This document shows positions 33,532-43,282 of a stretch of DNA of 64,000 bases, one piece after another; the stretch's first letter is position 1, and each line of letters opens with the position of its first letter. The notes beneath the pieces were generated by a model that was not told the origin of the DNA, searched no databases, and was given only the letters and a program-made list of their open reading frames with translations. The position numbers and the translations under genes were made by a program. The stretch covers positions 161,081-225,080 of the IMG/VR virus record IMGVR_UViG_3300023174_000045; one strand, written 5' to 3'.

Positions 33532-34699
33532 GATTAGAATAGATGAAATTTACAACAACACATTTTGGCCTTGGATTGAGCGTCATCATCCAGGTGTTAG
33601 AATGTTTTTTTGCGAACCATTTGGTAGAACTGATCCTGATAGTCTAGTTAATTATGGCAGTGATGATATACCTGAACACAATTATACACTATTATGGGAT
33701 CAAGAACCTATTCATTTGAACATACATACTGCCACATTTGAATGTCTTATTGCGCAAAATATTGATTTGCACGATTGGTGCAATGGATTAAACAATAAAG
33801 ACAAGGCAGCAATTAAAGCTGGATACACACAAAAATCAACTGGGGATTGTACTGTAGGCAGTATTATTACCAGTGAGCGAGACAGTGATACTGTAGATGC
33901 TGTATGTAAAAAATACCACTGGAAAAGTTATTATTATTTTTTTCACGGCTGGGCTGCACTGGATTGGTACCGTGGGTATGATCGAACTTTCTTGATCACC
34001 CCATGGCAACAAAGAACTATCTCAAAAACATTTCTAGCACCCAATCGCATTGTGGCAGGAGAACGTCAACACAGATTGGAAATGCTGTACTGGATATTCC
34101 AACTGGGCATGACCAACAATCATATATCATGCCCTAGTGTGTGTCCTGCAGAAAACATATCAATCATGGATGCTGTGCAGCCACTTAAAACAAAGTATTC
34201 TGATATAGAAACAGTGTTTGCACAACAGCCATTGCCACTGAATTTTAAAAATGAAGTTGGCCATCCCATGCAGTCATGTTGGCTCGATTTATTTGATCAA
34301 TCGGCTGAAAGTCTGTTATACTTGGTTACTGAAACAGTGGCCACGGGACGACGACATCACTTGACTGAAAAAACTTTTAAGCCTATAGCAATGGGCATGC
34401 CGTTTGTAATTGTGGGCACACAAGGCAGTTTAAAGTACCTGCGCAGTTATGGATTTCGAACGTTTGGTGACTTGTGGGATGAAAGTTATGACGACGAACC
34501 TGATGATTCTCGACGCATAGAAAAAATTGCCCATGTATTGAAACAGTTAGAAGGATTAGAAGAACATCGCCAAGACATATTTGAATCTGCACATGAAATA
34601 ATTGAGCACAATTGGAATCATTTTTATCATGGTGGATTTGAAGCGATATTGTGGCAAGAACTAAAGGACATGTTAAATGAGTTTAAATTTAGTCGTTGA
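33530..34699 (+). CDS. Glycosyltransferase-like protein (TET...TEKTFKP family)
   Basis: LVTET, LTEKTFKPI, GFRTF, DESYD. Confidence 0.6.
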   Translation: MIRIDEIYNNTFWPWIERHHPGVRMFFCEPFGRTDPDSLVNYGSDDIPEHNYTLLWDQEPIHLNIHTATFECLIAQNIDLHDWCNGLNNKDKAAIKAGYTQKSTGDCTVGSIITSERDSDTVDAVCKKYHWKSYYYFFHGWAALDWYRGYDRTFLITPWQQRTISKTFLAPNRIVAGERQHRLEMLYWIFQLGMTNNHISCPSVCPAENISIMDAVQPLKTKYSDIETVFAQQPLPLNFKNEVGHPMQSCWLDLFDQSAESLLYLVTETVATGRRHHLTEKTFKPIAMGMPFVIVGTQGSLKYLRSYGFRTFGDLWDESYDDEPDDSRRIEKIAHVLKQLEGLEEHRQDIFESAHEIIEHNWNHFYHGGFEAILWQELKDMLNEFKFSR

Positions 34700-35858
34700 C
34701 CAACTCATTCGAGGTAGAATATATCCTGCTTTGGCACGCCACCAGGCTGTGCCATACACACAAGGTTGGAGAGAATTTGGCCAACACTGGCCACATACCA
34801 TTCCTTTGAGACTGCAAGAATACTGTGACCATCACAGTGTTGAACTAAACATCACGGACATTAACTCTGAATGGCCCACTGATGCATTTTATCCCGTGGG
34901 CTTGAGTTTCTTTGATTTTGGCATTGATTACTTTGAACTAATGCCTGAGCGCATACGAACAGAATTGTTTTCTGACAATGTGCGTGTGTTGTTTTACTAT
35001 CACGAAGGTGATAATCCTTGGCATATCAAAACTAGACTAGACGAACTATGCACCAAACATAATTTACACAACGACTGTTACAAATTTGTCAGTGCAAATA
35101 CTGCGGCCCGAGATGTTCCAGGATTTGTTTACTTTACAGATTTTGAATTGTGGTATTATCAACGCAACCGGGCAAGCTCCCCACTGAAAATACACCACGA
35201 GCCAAGAGAGCGTGACTTCACTGTGCTCAACAGACTGCACAAATCATGGCGTGCCTTGGCCATGGCCGATTTAAAAAGTCTTGACTTACTGAACAATTCA
35301 TACTGGAGTTATTGTGAATCAGGTGAGTTTGACGATGCAGAGTGTCCCATTGAAATTGATGCCATTGCCGGACTGCGCACTGCCACTGAAGAGTTTTTGC
35401 GTACAGCACCGTACGTCAGCGATGAACTGGATCATGACCAGCGCAATGACCACAGCACACTTGTGCCCAAGTATCATGTCAACAGTTATTGCAACATTGT
35501 GATAGAAACACATTTTGATGCTGATCAAAGTGGCGGAACCTTTCTAACTGAAAAAACATTCAAGCCCATCAAACATGGACAAATGTTTTTTATAGCGGGT
35601 CCAGCAGGCAGTTTGCAGGTGCTACGTGACTTGGGCTATCGTGTATTTGATTCAGTGTTGGACAACAGTTACGATCTGGAACCTGACCATACACAACGTT
35701 GGATGGCGTTGACTCGAGCAGTTTATTTTGCTCAATCAGAACTGCCTGCATTGTTTGAACAGGCCAGAGCTGACATAGAACACAACCAACAGTTATTTCA
35801 AGCCATCAAGACTGAACGTTTAAATACCCTAATCAAGGACATCAATGAATCCCATTAA
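34677..35858 (+). CDS. Glycosyltransferase-like protein (same family)
   Basis: IVIET, LTEKTFKPI, DNSYD. Confidence 0.6.
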   Translation: MSLNLVVDQLIRGRIYPALARHQAVPYTQGWREFGQHWPHTIPLRLQEYCDHHSVELNITDINSEWPTDAFYPVGLSFFDFGIDYFELMPERIRTELFSDNVRVLFYYHEGDNPWHIKTRLDELCTKHNLHNDCYKFVSANTAARDVPGFVYFTDFELWYYQRNRASSPLKIHHEPRERDFTVLNRLHKSWRALAMADLKSLDLLNNSYWSYCESGEFDDAECPIEIDAIAGLRTATEEFLRTAPYVSDELDHDQRNDHSTLVPKYHVNSYCNIVIETHFDADQSGGTFLTEKTFKPIKHGQMFFIAGPAGSLQVLRDLGYRVFDSVLDNSYDLEPDHTQRWMALTRAVYFAQSELPALFEQARADIEHNQQLFQAIKTERLNTLIKDINESH

Positions 35859-36882
35859 CTCTTACACCAGCTGGCAACCACTTGAAGAAGTCATTGTGGG
35901 TCGTGCATACACTCCAGACTACTTTGACTTTATTGAAAACGCACAAGTACGTAATCAATTACAGCAAATTCTCTCAGAGACTGAAGAGGACCTGGCCAAC
36001 TTGCAAAAAACCATCGAGACTTATGGCGCTCAAGTGCGTAGACCTGACTTGCCTGACAAGCATCAATTTCAACAAGGACAAATTGGAGGGCAAGGAGCTC
36101 CGCTGCCTCCATTGACTCCACGAGACTGGCAGATTACGTTGGGAGACAAACTGTTGCGTGTGTTGGCCATGCAGGAATTAGATGGCTTGTGCAACGAATA
36201 CACCGAGGCCGGCGGCACAGTGATCAATCCACATGGTCCCACAGGATGGGACGAAAACTGCATTCTCAATCAAGCGTCAGCGTCATGTATTGTACGTGTG
36301 GGCCGTGACGTGTTCTTTGACAACTCAGACTTTTTACGGCCAGATCAAACACGTTGGATTGTGGACAATGTGTTGGGACCTGAGTATAGAATACACGAAG
36401 CTATCACAGATGGCCATGGCGATGCTGTGTTTGCTATATTAAAGCCAGGTGTGTTGTTGAGTAGCAAGCACGATGTAAACTTGAACCTGGCAGCAGACTT
36501 CCCAGGCTGGGATGTTTGCAAGATTTGGGATAGTAGTATATGGGCTGCCATGGAAGTTGGCAAGTTCAAGTATGAATCTAGCCCGGGTGCATGGTATGTG
36601 CAAGGACAAACACCCACACCAGAGTTCACAGACTTTGTGAACACCTACTTAACCAAGTGGACTGGCTTTGTTGCTGAAACTGTGTTTGATGTCAACTGCT
36701 TGGTGCTAGATGAATCGCACGTGATCTTCTCAGCATACAACAAAGAAGTGTTTGACTACTGTCGCAAGCACAGAATAGAACCCATTATCTCAGAATTGCG
36801 ACACAGTTATTTCTGGGACGGTGGCATCAGTTGTTGCACACAAGACATCCGGCGCCGCGGTGGGTTGGAAACGTATCTATAA
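35845..36882 (+). CDS. Amidinotransferase (glycine/inosamine type)
   Basis: SWQPLEEVIVG, PRD, GHGD, DVNCL, DGGISCCTQDIRR. Confidence 0.85.
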   Translation: MNPINSYTSWQPLEEVIVGRAYTPDYFDFIENAQVRNQLQQILSETEEDLANLQKTIETYGAQVRRPDLPDKHQFQQGQIGGQGAPLPPLTPRDWQITLGDKLLRVLAMQELDGLCNEYTEAGGTVINPHGPTGWDENCILNQASASCIVRVGRDVFFDNSDFLRPDQTRWIVDNVLGPEYRIHEAITDGHGDAVFAILKPGVLLSSKHDVNLNLAADFPGWDVCKIWDSSIWAAMEVGKFKYESSPGAWYVQGQTPTPEFTDFVNTYLTKWTGFVAETVFDVNCLVLDESHVIFSAYNKEVFDYCRKHRIEPIISELRHSYFWDGGISCCTQDIRRRGGLETYL

Positions 36883-37503
36883 ACGTTTGATACCATACAA
36901 CAAAGAAATTTCTTTGACCAGGCCTTCGTCAAACTGTTGATCAGTGTCATAGATCCAGTGGGCCCGAGTTTCAAATCCAGCCTTGCCGAACAATCCTTGC
37001 CACATTTTATTGCCCAATATACTGTAGTGATTGGGATTGTTTTCGTGCATCCAGGTGCGTTGATTGTCAGGTGCTGGCACTTCAATAAACGCTTGGCCGC
37101 CAGGTTTCAACACACGATGGAATTCGTACAATGTAAACAGCGGATAAGGACTGTGTTCCAAAGCATGCCTACACCAAATAAAATCCACAGAGCCATCTGC
37201 CCAAGGCAAGTCACTCATGTCAGCATGTTTTATTTTTAAACCAGCCAACTCGCATGCAGCCACATCGTCAGCACTGAGTGTGACTCCCGTGATATCTGAG
37301 TATCCCAATTTGTGTGCAGCCTGCGCAAACAGTCCTGCACCACATCCTATGTCAATGATACCAGCATCGGACTGCAGATCAAACTCAGGTAAAAACCTTT
37401 GAGCAAACTCAGGAATAATTTGATCGTGAAACCCGCCCGGCACTTCACTGTAAACAGTGCTCAATGCCTGTTGTTCATAGCGTTGAAATTTTTCAAAATT
37501 CAT
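36877..37503 (-). CDS. Class I SAM methyltransferase
   Basis: IDIGCGAG, HALEH, RVLKPGG. Confidence 0.9.
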   Translation of the reverse strand: MNFEKFQRYEQQALSTVYSEVPGGFHDQIIPEFAQRFLPEFDLQSDAGIIDIGCGAGLFAQAAHKLGYSDITGVTLSADDVAACELAGLKIKHADMSDLPWADGSVDFIWCRHALEHSPYPLFTLYEFHRVLKPGGQAFIEVPAPDNQRTWMHENNPNHYSILGNKMWQGLFGKAGFETRAHWIYDTDQQFDEGLVKEISLLYGIKRL

Positions 37504-38290
37504 CAGATGTCAACTCCTTGGCGTAAAATCTACTGACATTGTCATTGGGTCCTTGAACCGGCGTCAGTGGCAATTCTGTCAATGTCTTTGGCCAGGCCAC
37601 TATAGACATCAATCCTGATGTTCCAAATACATTTTCAATGTTGCCAGCAAAATTGCCTGGATTGTAGTTGTTGATCTGTGCCCAATAAAATCGATAGCCC
37701 ATTGGCTCCAAGAATTCATATATTTCTCGCAGTTGATCTGATTCATGTGCTTCGTAAAAAATCACTGGACATTTCTGTTGTATAATTGTTTTACATCCTT
37801 GCAACACCTGCAGTTCAGAACCTTCTACATCTATCTTGATCATGTCTGGTAAGTCTAGTCCAGCTGTGTCCAGAGTTATGGCAGTGGTTTCAATTCCACT
37901 GGCATCATTGATCACTTTGACCATGCCAAAATTACCTGTGATTTCTGGATCGTAGTCTGATATATAACATGTGGTATTGCTGTTGGATACTGCGTATTTT
38001 CCAATGTAAACGTGATCAAGATCTTTGGTGTTTTGTTCCAACAACGCATAATTTTTAGGATGAGGTTCAAACGCATAAACTTTTTTGGCCACACTGGCAA
38101 ATGCCGTGGTGTGGTAACCTATGTTGGCTCCCACATCATAGACCACTGAATTTTCGTTCAGCATGGACAATAAAAATTCCAACTCAAATTGACTGTATTC
38201 TCCGTAGCGCTCTAAACTGCACCCAATCATTTCATCAGTATCATAGTAACTGAAATTTTCGCTGTATCTTGTTTTTGTAGATTTAATCAT
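37493..38290 (-). CDS. FkbM family methyltransferase
   Basis: DVGANIG, FEP, KIDVEGSE. Confidence 0.92.
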   Translation of the reverse strand: MIKSTKTRYSENFSYYDTDEMIGCSLERYGEYSQFELEFLLSMLNENSVVYDVGANIGYHTTAFASVAKKVYAFEPHPKNYALLEQNTKDLDHVYIGKYAVSNSNTTCYISDYDPEITGNFGMVKVINDASGIETTAITLDTAGLDLPDMIKIDVEGSELQVLQGCKTIIQQKCPVIFYEAHESDQLREIYEFLEPMGYRFYWAQINNYNPGNFAGNIENVFGTSGLMSIVAWPKTLTELPLTPVQGPNDNVSRFYAKELTSDEF

Positions 38291-39774
38291 GAATATACCT
38301 TTACATTATATCTTGTTTCAAAACGATCTGCATCTGCTCGATCATTGACCATGGGTTCGCCACGTATGTTCAAACTGGTGTTTAGCAACATGGGACAACC
38401 TGTTTTGGTATACCATGCTTCCAACAACTGTCTTATTCCTGATCCGTCTTTGCCCACAGTTTGTACTCTACTAGTACCATCAACATGACACACAGCAGGA
38501 AAGGCATCAGGTTGGCGACATCGAGCTACTGACTGCATGTAGTTATGAGTATGCCAACCGCTAGGCATATCAAAATAATTGCCAGCCAGTTCAGCCAGGA
38601 CCACAGGGGCAAAAGGTCGGAATTTCTGACGTCGTTTGATTTCATTTACTCGGTCTTTGATTTCTTTGCCTCGGGGGTCAGCCAGTAGGCTCCGGTTACC
38701 CAATGCCCTGGGACCAAATTCAGCTTTGCCAGAGGCCGCTCCAACAATGCCAGTGTCAAGTAAACTGCGGACAAGATCATCAACAGGATAAGGGCCAGGG
38801 ATATTATGCCCAAGGTAAGCATTGTTCCAATGCAGCCTTTTACCATACGCAAGAGCAGCGGCTCCGAGGCTGCTGCCGGCGTCACCGGGGCAGGGCATGA
38901 TCCAGATGTTGTCAAAGTATTCTCCTAGTTTTCTATTGGCCAAACAGTTCAGTGCAACACCGCCTTGATACACAAGATTGGTTGACCACTCAAAGTCTCT
39001 GGCACGTTGCATGACATTGCCTATCAAGCGTTCCAGCAGGGTTTGAGCACTGGCGGCTATGTCTTCATTGCTAAGACTGCCCAAGAAGTCATTGCTGACC
39101 CCGGTATGTAAGTTATATCCAAACTCTATTTCATCTGCATCACGTAGCAGTACTGCTTCCATCACATGGTTATAACTGTCTCTGCCATAGGCTGCCATGC
39201 CCATGGTAATGTATTCTTCGTCTAGTGGGTGTAGGCCCACACGCTGAGTAATTGCACTATAAAACAGACCCAGGCTGTGCGGATATCGTTGTCCCCACAA
39301 TCGTCGGTATCTTGCTTGTCCTTTTCCATCATACTCTGCTCCCCAGATTGAAATTGTGTCCCACTCGCCTATGGCATCAATCACCACCACTGTGGCACGA
39401 TCAAATGGTGACGTTTGAAACCCACCAGCAGCATGTGAGAGGTGATGACTGTAGCAACTATAAGGCATGTGCGAAAACCATCCTCGTAGTTGTTGTTGCA
39501 AAACTTGTCCAGTGGTCAACTTGCTCCACTCAATACCTTGCCCTGCATACAACTGGCGCAGTTGTTTTTTCCATGGTGTTTCGTAGTAGGCTACATGATC
39601 AATGCCAACATCGCCACATGCGTCCCAGATTAGGCCAAGGTTAATGTCAGCATCATTCTTTTTCTTGCTATATCGTTCTGCATGCCCGGCAAATACAATG
39701 TCACCTTGTGAATTGACCACTGTGGCCGCGGCATCATGATAGCCGGCTGAGATACCTAGGATATTAATTTCCAA
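38287..39774 (-). CDS. Carbamoyltransferase (NodU/CmcH family)
   Basis: HDAA, HHLSHA, GGVALN, EFGPRALGNRS, FRPFAP, LNTSLN. Confidence 0.95.
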   Translation of the reverse strand: MEINILGISAGYHDAAATVVNSQGDIVFAGHAERYSKKKNDADINLGLIWDACGDVGIDHVAYYETPWKKQLRQLYAGQGIEWSKLTTGQVLQQQLRGWFSHMPYSCYSHHLSHAAGGFQTSPFDRATVVVIDAIGEWDTISIWGAEYDGKGQARYRRLWGQRYPHSLGLFYSAITQRVGLHPLDEEYITMGMAAYGRDSYNHVMEAVLLRDADEIEFGYNLHTGVSNDFLGSLSNEDIAASAQTLLERLIGNVMQRARDFEWSTNLVYQGGVALNCLANRKLGEYFDNIWIMPCPGDAGSSLGAAALAYGKRLHWNNAYLGHNIPGPYPVDDLVRSLLDTGIVGAASGKAEFGPRALGNRSLLADPRGKEIKDRVNEIKRRQKFRPFAPVVLAELAGNYFDMPSGWHTHNYMQSVARCRQPDAFPAVCHVDGTSRVQTVGKDGSGIRQLLEAWYTKTGCPMLLNTSLNIRGEPMVNDRADADRFETRYNVKVYS

Positions 39775-40108
39775 ACTCCTTGAAAGTTATCTCGTATCCC
39801 ACAACAATACCAACACGCTTGCTATCAACTTCGTAACCTGGAGAAACCCACCAATTACCTTTTTTTGCTCTAACAAAAGGAGCCAATGGTGTAGAACTAT
39901 ATCCAGTGACAGCGCCAAGTTCTACTGTGGCAAAATCAAACTTGAATTCTCGTCCTGCATAAACACTGGGCCGATAGTCAGAATTATAGTATGCCCCTGT
40001 GATATAAGAATTTTCTGATGTGTATCTTATGTGAGGGTGTATATTATTATGATCGCCTGAGAATCCCAAATGAGTCGACAGCGCCAACATCAATGCCCAG
40101 CTATTCAT
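39764..40108 (-). CDS. Small beta-strand-rich exported/outer-membrane-like protein
   Basis: Hydrophobic N-terminus, GAYYNS, GAVTGY. Confidence 0.5.
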   Translation of the reverse strand: MNSWALMLALSTHLGFSGDHNNIHPHIRYTSENSYITGAYYNSDYRPSVYAGREFKFDFATVELGAVTGYSSTPLAPFVRAKKGNWWVSPGYEVDSKRVGIVVGYEITFKEFGN

Positions 40109-40209
40109 TTGTAGATAAAGGGATCTCGTTTGCGAAGTTCTTTTAATTTTTTTCTGTATCGAATTTCTAAGGTAATTCTATCCCAAATTCGTTTGATAAA
40201 GTTTGTCAT
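40105..40209 (-). CDS. 34-aa basic peptide ending DPFIYK (not in ORF track)
   Basis: MTNFIKRIWDRITLEIRYRKKLKELRKRDPFIYK*, ATGA overlaps on both sides. Confidence 0.75.
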   Translation of the reverse strand: MTNFIKRIWDRITLEIRYRKKLKELRKRDPFIYK

Positions 40210-40892
40210 GATTTTTTCTCAAAGATGTAAGTTACTAGGCCACCATTCTTGTAATTAAACAATGCTGGCAAGCTAAAATTATTTAGTAACTGGGGATATG
40301 CTTGCTTAAAATCAAACTCTTGAGTCAACTGCTGAACTTGTTTAAATGTAAAACTAAGTTCAAAAGGATTTAGTTCTTGATCCTGAAATAATATGCTGCT
40401 TTTGTAATCAATGTTGAAGAATTTTTTAACTATCTTACCAGCCGGGTGATACAACCCCAAAATTAATTTACCACCTGGATTCACCAACTGTTTTAGTGTA
40501 GACAGTACTGTTTTGTATTCAGGTACATGGTGTAATACACCTTGGCATATTACAATATCAAATGATTCATTGAAGTCAATGTCTAATAGATCTTGTTTGA
40601 TAAATTTTGCATTGACTATGTTGTGTTGTTTACCAAAAGATTTAGCCCAATCAATTGAGTTAGCAAAATCAACTCCAACAAATTCACAAGTTGGATGTCT
40701 CATTGAGAATAAATTTGTGGTCAGCCCAGTTCCGCAGCCTGCATCTAATATTTTTTGATTGCTGTTAATTTGAGATTCAATTGTGCGCAAATATGGATTT
40801 TCTATAGGGTTACCATATTTCAATAATTGATCAATGGTATATTTTCCCGGGAAACCGATACAATTATAAAATTGTTTTATCTGTTGTGTCAT
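40206..40892 (-). CDS. Class I SAM methyltransferase
   Basis: LDAGCGTG, GVLHH, PGG. Confidence 0.9.
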   Translation of the reverse strand: MTQQIKQFYNCIGFPGKYTIDQLLKYGNPIENPYLRTIESQINSNQKILDAGCGTGLTTNLFSMRHPTCEFVGVDFANSIDWAKSFGKQHNIVNAKFIKQDLLDIDFNESFDIVICQGVLHHVPEYKTVLSTLKQLVNPGGKLILGLYHPAGKIVKKFFNIDYKSSILFQDQELNPFELSFTFKQVQQLTQEFDFKQAYPQLLNNFSLPALFNYKNGGLVTYIFEKKS

Positions 40893-40990
40893 TTATAAAT
40901 GTAAGGGTCTGATTTTTTATGTTCTTTTAATCTTTTATAATAGATAATTTTTTGAAAAATTTTGTGGTAGGTATTGCGCATCCAATTCAT
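40889..40990 (-). CDS. 33-aa basic peptide ending DPYIYK (not in ORF track)
   Basis: MNWMRNTYHKIFQKIIYYKRLKEHKKSDPYIYK*, ATGA overlaps on both sides. Confidence 0.75.
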   Translation of the reverse strand: MNWMRNTYHKIFQKIIYYKRLKEHKKSDPYIYK

Positions 40991-42012
40991 CGTAGTCTCC
41001 TTATTTGTTGTTCAGCGTAATCTGCATCTTTCCAGCTGTAATCGTACTTAGCTTCAACATCACTGGTTTTTATTTTGTAAACGTCCAGGTGAGTAGCAAG
41101 TTGCTGCCAAATTTGATTGTAATCTAATGTGCCAAAACTGCGCGAAAGATTTACTTGCGCTACTTGCGGATGTCCAATGGTTAGAGATTGATCCTCAGGG
41201 TTAAACCCATTTGCTATCAACCATGCGCGAAATTCTGTTAATTTTTTTATTTGCCAATGATATGCACCTGGGTCTCTGGCCCATTCTATATCAAAATCGC
41301 CAGCGGCTTCAATTTGATTACGCATGCTGGTTGTTATCAGCTGATCTATTCCGCTGCCTTCGTCATTGAATACTTCCCAGTGTGTTTTACTGACCGCTTT
41401 GTTTACGCCAACATATACTCCGCCCATTTTGCGATTCAATGTTTCGATTCCAAACAGTTCATAATCTTCTGAGTCTAATTCAAAGCGTGGCGCATTGAGC
41501 CAACACATCAGCTGGCTGGGTCTCCGCCATTCGGGCGCTTGTATAACTTTGCGCATGCTCAGCACAAGACTTTCGTATTCGTGACACAGTAAATTGAGTT
41601 GACGTATGTGCCACCGTACAAGTGCATCTGCTTTTTTCCAATATGGGCTCATGTGTCCTGAGTGTCCCTGAAGATCTTCAAAGTAACGATGCAACCAATT
41701 CATTCGTTCATGGTCGACATCCAAGTTGTCTTGTATTGTGCCTTCTACTGTGAACTGATCATTGATGGTATATCCTAAGTTGGCTGTGTTAATTGCGGCA
41801 ATGCTGGTATTGATCTGATCAATTATATATTCGGCTGTGCGTTCACTTTCGGTCCATCCCAGCCAGCAATAGTTCTTTTCTAAATGCAAGTCGTTGCGTA
41901 TGATATCATTTAATGCGGCAAGCCATTTACGACTAAGGCTATTGTCTGTGACATCAATATACAGCGTAAGATTGTCTGCGCCACGTAGGACTATTTCGAT
42001 TTGATCAAGCAA
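40987..42012 (-). CDS. Hypothetical protein
   Basis: 341 aa; NWLHRYFE...LNLLCHEYE. Confidence 0.75.
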   Translation of the reverse strand: MLDQIEIVLRGADNLTLYIDVTDNSLSRKWLAALNDIIRNDLHLEKNYCWLGWTESERTAEYIIDQINTSIAAINTANLGYTINDQFTVEGTIQDNLDVDHERMNWLHRYFEDLQGHSGHMSPYWKKADALVRWHIRQLNLLCHEYESLVLSMRKVIQAPEWRRPSQLMCWLNAPRFELDSEDYELFGIETLNRKMGGVYVGVNKAVSKTHWEVFNDEGSGIDQLITTSMRNQIEAAGDFDIEWARDPGAYHWQIKKLTEFRAWLIANGFNPEDQSLTIGHPQVAQVNLSRSFGTLDYNQIWQQLATHLDVYKIKTSDVEAKYDYSWKDADYAEQQIRRLR

Positions 42013-43282
42013 TGTTGTTCCACCATTCTAGCACCGCGGGACGATCAGCAAGTATTTGTTCCATTGTGATCCGTTGTGTGCGTATGCTTTCTAATTGTAA
42101 CACACGATCCCGGCCACTTGCAAGACCTTGACGGTAAGTATCTGGCCATTGTTCTTCAAAAGTCTGGCGTGTTTTTAACTGTGTCAGCATGTCACGCAAC
42201 GCACCATCCACTTGAGGAACAAGTTCATCGATCCAAGGTTCTAACAATGTCCTAGGCAAGGCCAACGGACTCATCACAATGTTAGGCGAGAAAGAGAACA
42301 TTACTTTAGCAAGGACTTCGACTCCGTATTCTTGGGCAAGTTGTTTAATGCGTGTAACTTCGAACATTCCGGGCAGAGTGAGCGTAAAGTCAATTCGTAC
42401 TTGACGTCTGTTACGTTGGATCTCAACTGCTTGACCAAAATGCTCAAGCCACTGATCATACTCAAGACCTGTTCTAATGTATTCTCCAATTGCGCCTGTA
42501 CCGTCGAGACTTGCACATATCTGCCAATCGCGCAACCCGCTGAGAATATCGCGATATAAGTTAACACCTCGATAATCCACTCTGGATAAATTTGTATTAT
42601 ATCTAGCATATACTCTTGGCCCATCCCCTAATTCAACTATGCGTTTCATGTAACGCCAATGTTGTTCGTACATTAGTGGTTCGCCGCCCACCCAGTATAC
42701 TTCTTCAACACGATGCTGTTCCACAGCATCAGCAAACTCCTGCTCAATCTGACTGTCTTGAAATGCACTGATAGCCGATCTCACTTCGGGACGCATCCAG
42801 TTGTTGTTGGGATCCGTCCACTCAATCATGTTGTGTTGTCGTTGTTCTGACTCCCATGCACTACTCAACATGTCACCACAGGTTCTACATTTGAAATTGC
42901 ATAAGTTACTGAATCTATAATCCCAACTCACAGGCCGCATGGTAGTGTGGCCTGCTGTGTTTGTGGTTTCCCAAATGTCAGGGTACTTATGCTTGAATAA
43001 CTGCCAAAAATATGTGCGGTAAACATCAGTGTTCAATAACCGGTCATTGCATACTTCGCATTCGGGCAGAGTTTCACCTGCCATCATGCGACTGCGCACA
43101 CTCATCATGTGTGGCGAGTTCCAATGTTCGTCCAGTGTGATGGGAATATATTTGTTACTGCCAGATTCAGTGTCTATGTACTGACGAAAGTTTTGTGCAG
43201 GTTCTCTTGATGCACAACACATGCGCCGTTCAGTCAATGGGCTCAAGTAGGTATGCACCCAAGGTGCCATGCACAGGCTCAT
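42005..43282 (-). CDS. Radical SAM enzyme with N-terminal SPASM/twitch-like domain
   Basis: CMAPW..CC..CxxC; CNFKCRTC; GGEPL. Confidence 0.9.
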   Translation of the reverse strand: MSLCMAPWVHTYLSPLTERRMCCASREPAQNFRQYIDTESGSNKYIPITLDEHWNSPHMMSVRSRMMAGETLPECEVCNDRLLNTDVYRTYFWQLFKHKYPDIWETTNTAGHTTMRPVSWDYRFSNLCNFKCRTCGDMLSSAWESEQRQHNMIEWTDPNNNWMRPEVRSAISAFQDSQIEQEFADAVEQHRVEEVYWVGGEPLMYEQHWRYMKRIVELGDGPRVYARYNTNLSRVDYRGVNLYRDILSGLRDWQICASLDGTGAIGEYIRTGLEYDQWLEHFGQAVEIQRNRRQVRIDFTLTLPGMFEVTRIKQLAQEYGVEVLAKVMFSFSPNIVMSPLALPRTLLEPWIDELVPQVDGALRDMLTQLKTRQTFEEQWPDTYRQGLASGRDRVLQLESIRTQRITMEQILADRPAVLEWWNNIA

